Shown here one piece after another: positions 11,901 to 21,826 of a stretch of DNA of 64,000 nt. Positions within the stretch are counted from its first letter, which is position 1; the number at the start of each line of letters is the position of its first letter. The DNA lies in contig NIVC01002718.1 in the NCBI GenBank assembly GCA_002269645.1, positions 82,995 to 146,994 on the forward strand. Direction: 5' to 3'. The stretch is from Macrostomum lignano (lineage: Eukaryota). Made by a program: the position numbers and the translations under genes. The notes under the pieces are model-generated. The model saw only the letters and a program-made list of their open reading frames with translations. It did no database searches and was not told where the DNA came from.

Positions 11901-14900
11901 CTTCCCCTCCCCGCCATGCAGTCTCACCCGCCGTCTTCCCCTCCCCGCCATGCAGTCTCACCCGCCGTCTTCCCCTCCCCGCCATGCAGTCTCACCCGCC
12001 GTCCCGGCTCGGGCTGCGGTTCCTCGTCGCCCGCCTGTTGCTCCTCGTCCTCGGCGGGCTCCACCCGGCTGAAATGACGTCACGATTCGGATGAATGCTC
12101 GGCTTGAGTTCCGCGAGGACTTAAAAGAAGAGGAACCGAAACTCTATCCTCCTCTGTCCCCCGAGTCTCATCGTGCGGGACTCGGCATATTCAAACAGTA
12201 TCAGTTTAAAAGTACAAATTCTGGGCTTAGACCTTGTTTGTAACATTTTTGGTCAAGTTTGGATGACAGATTAGAGGGAGACAGGTAGCTAAGGATATTG
12301 ACGATAGGTCGTTAAGGAACTGGAAACGAAGGAGTGCGGCCTGCTTTAAGCGAGCCGGGGGATGGGGAAAACATTTTCCTATAAAGAGGCGGTCGGCGCG
12401 CGGGGTGAACTCGCGAGTACAGAGGGGACATTTCCTGGAAAGTCGCGGCAAAACTTTTCGAGGTTGTAAGTCGGGAGATAATTGGGGCTTCAAAGGGACG
12501 GATTGTTGGAGTGCGTCAGAATTCTTATTATTTGTATAGAAATTATAGGAGTAGTGACTCTATACATTAGGGAGTTAGCCACAGGTCGGCTTGGCAGTTA
12601 GAGGATTAGTCGCTTAGGTATTAGAGGATTAGTCGATTGTAGGTATTAGAGGACCAGTCGCTTATGTATTAGAGGATCAGTCGCTTAGGTATTAGAGGAT
12701 CAGTCGCTTAGGTATTAGAGGATTAGTCGCTTAGGTATTAGAGGACCAGTCACTTAGGTATTAGAGGATCAGTCGCTTAGGTATTAGAGGATCAGTCGCT
12801 TAGGTATTAGAGGATCAGTCGCTTGAGTATTAGAGGATCAGTCGCTTGGGTATTAGAGGATTAGTCGCTTAGATATTAGAGGATCAGTCGCTTGGGTATC
12901 AGAGGATTAGTCGCTTAGGTATTAGAAGATTAGTCGCTTAGATATTAGAGGATCAGTCGCTTGGGTATCAGAGGATTAGTCGCTTAGGTATTAGAAGATT
13001 AGTCGCTTAGATATTAGAGGATCAGTCGCTTAGGTATTAGAAGATTAGTCGCTTAGATATTAGAGGATCAGTCGCTTGGGTATCAGAGGATTAGTCGCTT
13101 AGGTATTAGAGGATCAGTCGCTTAGGTATTAGAGGATTAGTCGCTTAGATATTAGAGGATCAGTCGCTTGGGTATTAGAGGATTTGTCGCTTAGGTATTA
13201 GAAGATTAGTCGCTTAGGTATTAGAGGATCAGTCGCTTAGGTATTAGAGGATCAGTCGCTTGGGTATTAGAAGATTAGTCGCTTAGGTATTAGAGGATCA
13301 GTCGCTTAGGTAATAAAGCATTAGTTTAGGTATTAGGGATTAGAGTCCTAAGAACCTTAACAAACTGATTCTGCATTCTGCAGCAGAACATCTGTCTTCC
13401 AGAAGATAGGGCATTGCTACGCAGCTGTCAATCAAAAATTGGGCGTCACCAACCACTGGCAGCGGCACTTCTTCTCCAGCTCGGCCAGCTTGTTCATCAG
13501 CCTGGGGTTCAGGACCATCAGCACGATGTACACGATGTACAGAACCAGCAGGACCACAGCGTCCCAGATCTGCACTACCGAATCGTACATCATCACGATG
13601 AAGTAGATGATGGAGATCAGGTAAAAGATGGAGTCCCTGACTAGCGGTCTCCAGTCCAGGTGTAAAACCTGATGGTTGCGTGGGCGGTTGGAGATCTTTC
13701 TTAGCAGTTAGGGAATTTGGGATATTTAGTGTAATTTGGGATGTCTAAATGGTATTGGGGATATTTAGTGTAATTTGTAATGTCTAGATTGAATTGGGGA
13801 TATTTAGTGTAATTTGGGATGTCTAGATGGAACTGGGGATATTTAGTGTAATTTGAGATGTCTAGATGGAATTGGGGATATTTAGTGTAATTTGGGATGT
13901 CTAAATGGAATTAGGATATTTAGTGTAATTTGGTGTGTCCATATGGATTTGGGGATATTTTGATGCAATTGAAGAATATTTATTTATGCTCTATGTATTA
14001 TTTTGACGGAATCAAGGAATATTTCTGTGCAAATGAAAAAAAATTGAAAATTGGAGAAATAGCTCGTATATTAAGAATATTAGTTATGGGTAGGCTGCCT
14101 GGGTTGAAACGCGATTGAAACGCTCTACATTTGTCCGCCGTCACTGTCTATGGTTGAAGCATATTTCAATTATATTCAATTCATCACTTATAGCCACTGT
14201 ATATTTCACTGCCAACAAACAAAAGACCAAACACAACAGGAATCAAACACGAAGTAAACGAAATAATTCAGTAAATAACGCTTGGAAGCTCAAAATGATA
14301 TGTGGCTGGAGAGTTCATCAATAGTTACTTTAATAGTTACATCTGTCAGTTAGCGTGGTGTAATGTTGAATGTGCAATTCTCAAATTTGCATTTCTCAAA
14401 AACGCTCGCCTGGTTGGCACCAATCGATACGCCCTGGTTAGCTACAATTGACCCAGGCATGCCCAACGCAGTCGTATTTTGTGACAGTACGATGCATCCA
14501 GCAGTCGAACTTGCTCCCGCGTTGCTGGCGCTCTGACCAGCCGATGCCAGGGTTTGTTCCGCAGTGCCAGAGAGTCGCCCACTGATTGCTCGGGATAGGT
14601 TGACTTTTTTGGAGAACTTCAATCTCTTGTTGTAATGTTCAACGCTCTCCGCTCGTTTGTGACCGGTCACGGCTTGAATCTCGGAAACGCTGACGCCATC
14701 CTCCATCAAGTTGGTTACAACGGAGGCGCGTATGCAATGATTGGTGTGAGCACGATTGCTCAGTCCCGCCAGCTCACACAATTTCTTCATGAACTCATTA
14801 AGCCAGTGTTTGCCGAGTACAAGGCTCTTGTGATACCAGAAACCTTCCATGGAAAACCCTCGTTCCAGCGGTTTAGGCCACAGACAACCGACGTCATCTG

Positions 14901-17900
14901 GTATTTTTGCCAGGTACATCTCCATCGCACGAACCGGACACGTATTCGGGTCAGTCGGCGTTTCGGCCAAAATGATCGACTTTCGTGTGGTTGGGTCGTC
15001 CGCCGTTACTGTCTTCTCCACACCATCCTTCACCAAGTCGATATATCAAACTCCATCGCATTCGTCAATCCTCACGTCGGCCTTCGTCAATCCCCTCAGC
15101 CACTCACGGCCCCTGAAGCCGAATCCATACACGATTTTAAACAGAACCTCGAATTGTAGACGTGTCGGTGTCGTACGGTCGAAATACACACGCAGCCGAT
15201 GGAAGTCAGAGTCATCAATTGGACAGTACGTAGACGCATTGCCTATAGACGTTTTCTCCCTCAGAGCCGTCATCAGGCATGCCTTGTACGTCCGTTCAAA
15301 CGACAAAAATTCGGTGTTACCTATAATTCGCACGTTCCTTGTCTCCAGCACGTACCGATGAATAGACGCCCTGAAGCACACCAGACTTCGGACAGCGTAT
15401 GGCTTGCCTTCCTGAGTCCTCAGTGACACAAACCACAGCCGCATATAGGCACAAAGATAGCGGATCGGCATTGTTTCGATGTTGTCCGGCAGTTTCTGGT
15501 CCACCAGATATTTTTTGAAGCGCTTCACATGGAGAGCGGTTTGATCCGTGGTCGATTTGCGTTTGGCAGCCTCTTCGACGTCTTGCACAGCAGCTTCCTC
15601 TTCTTCCGTCAGTTCCCGCAGAAGCTCGGCATTATTCAGAATGCTTGGATTGGACAATTCTGCGTCAATCAACTCCTGCTGTCTTACGGTCACACCGGTC
15701 CACTGACTAACTTCTTCACCAGGATCACGATGGCAAAGTTGCTGCAGAAACTCAATCTCATTCATTTCTAAACCGCTAATATCTTCCTCTAGTATTGATT
15801 CCCAGTGAAACATGGCTAATTCCGAACCTTAAAGCTGTTTAAATCTTATTCTCTCTCCCACCCACCAAGAGAAGAATGGAGGAATCTAGCACGCTGACGA
15901 GTGCGTCAATGGCTGAAACACGAGTGCGCGTAGCGCACGAGGGTTTTTGCCATAGACGCACAAGTCAAAGTGCTTGATTCCCATTCTTATTTGATTCAAC
16001 ATGTGTGGCTAAAGTAGACAAGGGTGCAGCTGGGAGTGTGGAGTTAGACTTGAACCATAGAAAAAATATGCGCGAGCTAGTCTGAACATTCTTGCACGAT
16101 GGAAAGAAGACTATGCTTGTAGTCTATGGCTGTTATGCTAAATATAGAAACATTGCGCATTACATTCTTGCACGATTGACATTCCTGCACGGAGTGCACA
16201 TGCAAATTCAAGGTGCTTTTACCATAGACACTTGCATTTCTGCACGCATATGGCGACTTCCAAAGCATTCTTGCACGAGTGCGGGAATGACATCTGCACG
16301 AGTGCGCGCTAGCGCACGAGTGCACGATGTCCTTCACGCACGAGTGAACGTGAAGGAATTCCATTGTCGGATGATTCATCGTGCAGGAATGCACAAAACC
16401 GTGCAGGAATGCATTTCTGCGCCTAATGCTTTTTCAGTGAGATTTTACCATAGACATCCATTCCTGCACGCAAAAGAGTGCAAGAATGCCATTCTTGCAT
16501 GGAAAATCAGCCGACAATGCTTCAAACTCTATTTGGGTTTCAACCATAGACAGTCTCCGCGGACTGCGAAACCGCCACGAAGCATATAGCTAAAGCTTTT
16601 TCAACCATAGACAGTTTCTGTGGACGTGAAACCCATGGATGAATGAATAGAATGGATTGCTATTCTGGCTCTGGCTATTTTCGTTTTTGACTCTTTTGCA
16701 TCCGGTTCCCCCCGTGCCTTTTCATTGGTTGATGATTGCCATAGACAATTTTCGGCCTTCGCCCCTTTCTTTCGATGCACAAGCGCAAAGAACTGAGAAT
16801 TTCAACATCATCATCATATGGCAATCATCAACCAATGAAAAGGCACGGGGGGGGAACTGGATGCAAAAGAGTCAAAAACGAAAATAGCCAGAGCCAGAAT
16901 AGCAATCCATTCTATTCATTCATCCATGGTGAAACCGCGTTGTGCGTCCGCGCTTTAGCCTAACCCATAACGCGCCGAGGCTTTTCAGTTCATTTCAGTC
17001 CTCAGCAGCCAGTCTATATTAATATATTATGAATTGACCGTATTTTTTCTATATCTATGACTTTTGCGAGGATTTGAGACATATTTGCCTCGGAAGCACT
17101 GCAACTTCTTTATCGAAGTGGATTTTAACGAGAGACTCTTTCTTTATGGTCAAAATTTTCTAAGAAAGTTGCACTAATTAAAAATTCACCTTTCCCGCGA
17201 AAGCGGCAGTCAAAGAGATGATCACAAGCAGGTTGAAGACGGCGGAACTGAAATATTATAAAAATTCTCAGCAGATTAAAATAATTTGATTAAACTTTCT
17301 TGCCAACTGCCTGAGTCAGTCAAAGTCGAATCTGCATTTGATTACAACAGAGTAAATGAGGAATATGAGGGAGAGTTGATGAGGTAGATGGGGAGAGTAG
17401 ATGAGGGAGATGAAGGAGAGTAGATGATGGAGACGGGGAGAGTAGATGAGAAAGATGGAGGAGAGTAGATGGGAGAGATAGGGGAGAGTAGATGATGGAG
17501 ATAGGGAGAGTAGGTGAGGAAGACAGTGAGAGTAGATAAGGGAGACGGGGAGAGTAGATAAGGGAGACGGGGAGAGTAGATAAGGGAGACGGGGAGAGTA
17601 GATAAGGGAGACGGGGAGAGTAGATAAGGGAGACGGGGAGAGTAGATAAGGGAGACGGGGAGAGTAGATAAGGGAGACGGGGAGAGTAGATAAGGGAGAC
17701 GGGGAGAGTAGATAAGGGAGACGGGGAGAGTAGATAAGGGAGACGGGGAGAGTAGATAAGGGAGACGGGGAGAGTAGATAAGGGAGACGGGGAGAGTAGA
17801 TAAGGGAGACGGGAGAGTAGATAAGGGAGACGGGGAGAGTAGATAAGGGAGACAGTGAGAGTAGACGAAGGAGACAGTGAGAGTAGATGAGAGAGACGCA

Positions 17901-19942
17901 CCCAGCGATGGTGCCGACCCCGGCGTCAGAGTCGAAGGCCACGGCGGCCACTGAGCTGAACAGCTCGGGTGCTGAGCTGCCCGCCGCCATGAAGGTCGCG
18001 CCGGCCACGTCCTCCGAGAGGTTCAGCTTCTCCGAGATGATCTCCAGCGAGGGCACGAAGAAGTCGTCGCACACAATGGCCACGGCTGCGGGATGGGAGG
18101 AAAATCGGCTCTGGTGCACCTCTGACTGCACCTGTGACTGCACCTCTGACTGCACCTCTGACTGCACCTCTGACTGCACCTCTGACTGCACCTCTGACTG
18201 CACCTCTGACTGCACCTGTGACTGCACCTCTGACTGCACCTGTGACTGCACCTCTGACTGCACCTCTGACTGCACCTGTGACTGCACCTCTGACTGCACC
18301 TCTGACTGCACCTGTGACTGCACCTGTGACTGCACCTGTGACTGCACCTGTGACTGCACCTCTGACTGCACCTCTGACTGCACCTCTGACTGCACCTGTG
18401 ACTGCACCTCTGACTGCACCTCTGACTGCACCTCTGACTGCACCTCTGACTGCACCTCTGACTGCACCTGTGACTGCACCTCTGACTGCACCTCTGACTG
18501 CACCTCTGACTGCACCTCTGACTGCACCTCTGACTGCACCTCTGACTGCACCTGTGACTGCACCTCTGACTGCACCTCTGACTGCACCTGTGACTGCACC
18601 TCTCATCCACTAAATTAATCACCCATTGCCTTTTACACTTCTTTATTTCCTTCACCTAGAATCGCTGAAGTTAATCCCAATCTCAACCCGGCCTCAAGCA
18701 GACTGTTCGATAATCAATCCCCAAAAATTATCGCCCTTATATAATCATGAGAAGTGAAACTCTAGAACAACCGGTCAGGACCGCTGCTAACTGCAATTCT
18801 CAGATCGATTTAATCGGAAGCTCAGTGTTACATTTTTAGGCTAATCACTGTAAAGGAACTGCGCAAGAAGATAGCAGTATAATCCTGCATGAAATATAGC
18901 GTATTTTTCCTGGAAGCAGATTATGGCTCGCAGTTTATGGCCACGCCCTGTATGGGCATCACTTCCTGCACGATCGGCCACTTCCCGAAGTTCGCACAGG
19001 CAGAAGCGGCACACAGAGCCCCCCGCATAAAGTTTCATATTGCTTAATCTACCTTCGTAATCTTCTCTAATCCGCCTTGAGATAATCCCCTTAACTGCCG
19101 CCGTCTGCGGAGGCGCTCTTCATTGCACATCTACCCTCTGCCTAGCCCAAGAAACCTTAGAGGTCCTCTGTCAGATTTTCAGGAAATTTTCCTCCCTCGA
19201 TTTTCCGTTTTGCAGGCTGGTCTTGAGAGCTGAACCTCCTATAAAGTGAGACTCTGCAGGCTTGTCCACCGCCCAGCTACCCTCCCTTACAGCCTCGCGG
19301 TCGTCTTGACAACCTCGACAGAAAGAGGCTGCAATCAGTTTCCTATTTGAAAGATAGTTAGGAACTGTCTTCCCACCCCGCCTGCCTGAAGAGGCGGACA
19401 GACAGGCTAGAGAACTGCCTGCCCTTATTATTAGTAAAACCTCTTGGCCCCCGAGGGCCTTATAACGAGACAGTGCCGTTTAACCGGTAAATAAAGAAAT
19501 AGTTGCTATGCGTATATACATGTACAAGATTACTTTAACTTAGCGGCAGCTCAGGAAGGCAGCCCAGCCTACTCCAGCCTCGTGTTTAACGCCCAACCTC
19601 CTTCATCTCAAATGCCACTTAAAGGGAGGCTTGAACTGTAAGTTCCGCTTAGAGACGGAATCAAGTGGAATCAAGTGGAGAATAATCCTGTTTAATTAAG
19701 AGGCGTGTTGTAGAGGACTCAGAAGTGCGCAGCCTTCACTAAGGACTTCAAAGTCTCAGGCTAAATCGATGCTCGTGTACCTGTTAAATCTAGCATTTTT
19801 ATGCGCTGATGTACATCACTCACCGCTGAAGATGATGATGCTGCACACACACACTGATTTGTACCTCACTCACCGATGAATATCATGATGCTGCACACAC
19901 ATACTGATATGTACATCACTCACCGATGAAGATCATGATAGT

Positions 19943-20002
<60 letters not shown>

Positions 20003-21292
20003 ATATGTACATCACTCACCGATGAAGATGATGATGGTGCACACAATGTACAGCACAATCCAGCCGCCAAGATTTCCAGTCGCCTTCTCAGTGTCGCAGG
20101 TCTCCCAGGCCACTACGGCCTTGGTGCTGGAGTTCTTCCTCTCGCACTTGTAGTTGTAGTAGGTGGCGTTCGGGTCAGACGAAGATGATGAAGCCGAAAG
20201 CAGTCGCCGACTTCCCGGAGCAGCGGCGGCGGCGGCCGCCGCGGCAGCGACGGATGGCTGCCGTATCGACCTGCCAACTCCAATTTTAGCCATCTGGTCG
20301 TCGCCATGGAGACGGCGAAGAATGATGCCGGCAGTGGCTGCGGGTGCATTGGAGTTTCGAATAAAAATCTTATTGAAAACCGAGCACCCCGGCGGGGGGG
20401 GGGGCGGAGTGCTAGTCCATATACTAAATCGGTTAGGCTTGCTCAATCGCGCAAGCTATATTTAGACTGCTAGAAATAATTCCTTCGATAAAAGGGTGCG
20501 AATTAATTTCTTTTAGCAGAAGAATTATTTCTATAGGTAGAATATATGCTCAGGATTGAAGACTTTAACAAAGAGTGATTATTGCGACAAAACCTGCATA
20601 ACTGGGCTGTAGAAATATTGCCTACAGTTAGTAACCATGCCAATGGCGTTTCTAAAAAATCCGAAATGAAAAATCTATTTTAGTAATTAAATTCTTCTTA
20701 GGCGTAACAAAGTGGGCAAGTGGCGGAAAATTCACAAAATTCACTAACTTCGACTTATTTAATATATGAATGTTGTAAGCGTCACGTCAAACACCTTGTG
20801 GACTTTCACAGCTCACAGCCCAGATTTCAAAAGTCATACGGAGAGTCACGAGGGTCAAAGGCCCCCTCCCAACCTACATGTATAGAGGCTGCTTGGCCAG
20901 GCAGAAAGAGGAGGCAAAGCAGGTGCATAATTAGTTTAATTAAGCAATTCCCCTGCCCCACTCAGCCTCGCGATGCAGAGAAAATGATGAATGATGAAGC
21001 CTTTCTTAGCAAATTAATCCCTTAATAATTTAGTTCTTCCTCTGAATCGGTCAGCCCGGCAAGTATAAAAGTTCCCAAAGTACGGAATCCCATAATCTCA
21101 AATCCCAGTAAGTCACTCCAAAACAAACTTAACGCAGCACTCACCTGACCGGCTCGCCAGCCACAGGCAGGTGATGAGGCACATGCTGATGAGGCAGCAG
21201 ACCAGCGGCCTGGGCCGGGGTACCGCTTTGCCGTAGTCCAGGGCTCGATTCCACTGGCCCTTGCGCGCCGTGGCGCGAAACAGGCGCGCCAT
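5932..21292 (-). CDS. SLC24A: K+-dependent Na+/Ca2+ exchanger (SLC24/NCKX), 13 exons, about 803 aa
   Basis: Exons 21292-21145, 20337-20020, 18085-17902, 17247-17190, 13668-13454, 12068-11996, 11663-11493, 10031-9921, 9747-9520, 8671-8298, 7986-7833, 6964-6794, 6138-5932. All are GT-AG with matching phases and sum to 2412 nt. Alpha-1 repeat [19 protein letters not shown]...[15 protein letters not shown]; alpha-2 repeat [39 protein letters not shown]. Confidence 0.92.
6205..6540 (+). repeat. Degenerate TTCCGGTG-based repeat (NCKX intron 12)
   Basis: Directly visible. Confidence 0.88.
7015..7770 (+). repeat. 29/30-bp alternating minisatellite with CACTCTGGACT core (intron 11)
   Basis: Directly visible. 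Confidence 0.92.
8749..9212 (+). repeat. 16-bp minisatellite GGTTGGTGAAGTGTCT (intron 9)
   Basis: Directly visible. Confidence 0.95.
10499..11430 (+). repeat. 42-bp minisatellite GGCTAGATTAGCAATCCATTCTAATCCTTCATCCATGATGCA (about 22 copies, intron 7)
   Basis: Directly visible; the unit matches the foldback terminus at 16892-16933. Confidence 0.96.
11790..12000 (-). repeat. 34-bp minisatellite containing the exon 6 splice donor
   Basis: Unit (+ strand) CAGTCTCACCCGCCGTCTTCCCCTCCCCGCCATG. Confidence 0.9.
12598..13312 (+). repeat. 23-bp minisatellite TTAGGTATTAGAGGATCAGTCGC (intron 5)
   Basis: Directly visible. Confidence 0.94.
13714..13962 (+). repeat. 39-bp minisatellite GGGGATATTTAGTGTAATTTGGGATGTCTAGATGGAATT
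   Basis: About 6 degenerate copies. Confidence 0.88.
14143..15957 (-). mobile_element. Crypton-type tyrosine-recombinase DNA transposon (putative main unit) in NCKX intron 4
   Basis: Encloses the recombinase ORF and is bounded by ACTGTCTATGGTTGAA (14143-14158) and CCATAGAC (15950-15957). The right boundary could instead be 16554 or 16615, where the full 16-bp inverted repeat occurs. Confidence 0.72.
14350..15813 (-). pseudogene. Tyrosine recombinase (DUF3504/Crypton-like), 487 codons with one in-frame TGA
   Basis: ORFs 15046..15813 and 14350..15036 are in the same frame (…GAT GGA GTT TGA TAT ATC GAC TTG GTG…). Catalytic motifs are GFRGRE (R), TNHCIR (HxxR), VTGH (H) and SVEHY (Y); [10 protein letters not shown] is also present. 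The C-terminus is [13 protein letters not shown]. Confidence 0.85.
16633..16929. mobile_element. Foldback/MITE-like element with inverted arms of about 111 bp
   Basis: 16633-16743 and 16817-16929 are reverse complements apart from one substitution and a C/G-run length difference. The spacer is about 73 bp. Confidence 0.8.
17350..17890 (+). repeat. 22-bp purine-rich minisatellite GGGGAGAGTAGATAAGGGAGAC (intron 3)
   Basis: Directly visible. Confidence 0.94.
18114..18602 (+). repeat. 12-bp minisatellite T(C/G)TGACTGCACC (intron 2)
   Basis: About 40 copies; open in all six frames. Confidence 0.96.
19808..20045 (-). repeat. 50-bp tandem duplication of the exon 2 end and donor, with a (CA)n expansion
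   Basis: Four copies of ACTCACC (+ strand) at 19818, 19868, 19918 and 20014. Confidence 0.9.
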
Positions 21293-21499
21293 GCTGGGGG
21301 AACTGACGGGAGGAAAGGCGGTCAGTCCAGCTCAGCCGGAGGGAAGTCAGCTTGGGAAAGCGGGGATTCTGTGTTATGAATAAAGGACTCGAGTTCCCTA
21401 TGGGGAAGCCGCACTTCCGTGCTGTGTGGCCATTGGCTGATCGCAGTAGCCTCTTCTATGAGTGCGGCTTCCTCAGGGCTATCGTTCTCTGCCGCTCTT

Positions 21500-21577
21500 C
21501 TGTCCGTCTGCCTGCCTGCCTGCCTGGCTGCCTGCCTGTCTGTTAGTCTGTCCGTCTGTCTGGCTGGGTGCCTGTCC

Positions 21578-21648
<71 letters not shown>

Positions 21649-21657
21649 CGTCCGTCC

Positions 21658-21725
<68 letters not shown>

Positions 21726-21780
21726 TTCTTAGTGTCTAAGTGTCTGTCTGTCTGTCTGTGTCTGTGTGTCTGTTTGTCTG

Positions 21781-21825
<45 letters not shown>

Positions 21826-21826
21826 C
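21500..21826 (+). repeat. (TCTG)n microsatellite
   Basis: Directly visible. Confidence 0.95.

Noticed and set aside
15046-15048. TGA as selenocysteine
   Set aside because: It is not at a Cys-like catalytic position and I saw no SECIS; a nonsense mutation is simpler.
14635-15361. Plus-strand ORFs opposite the recombinase
   Set aside because: No recognisable motifs; antisense shadows.
17316-18655. Six-frame repeat ORFs (SEVQ, CTSD, RGAV, RCSQ, TAPL)
   Set aside because: A 12-bp repeat without stop codons; only 18085-17902 is exon.
18841-19038. Short ORF with CRFC and GRGHKL resembling a LINE C-terminus
   Set aside because: Too short and degenerate to support.
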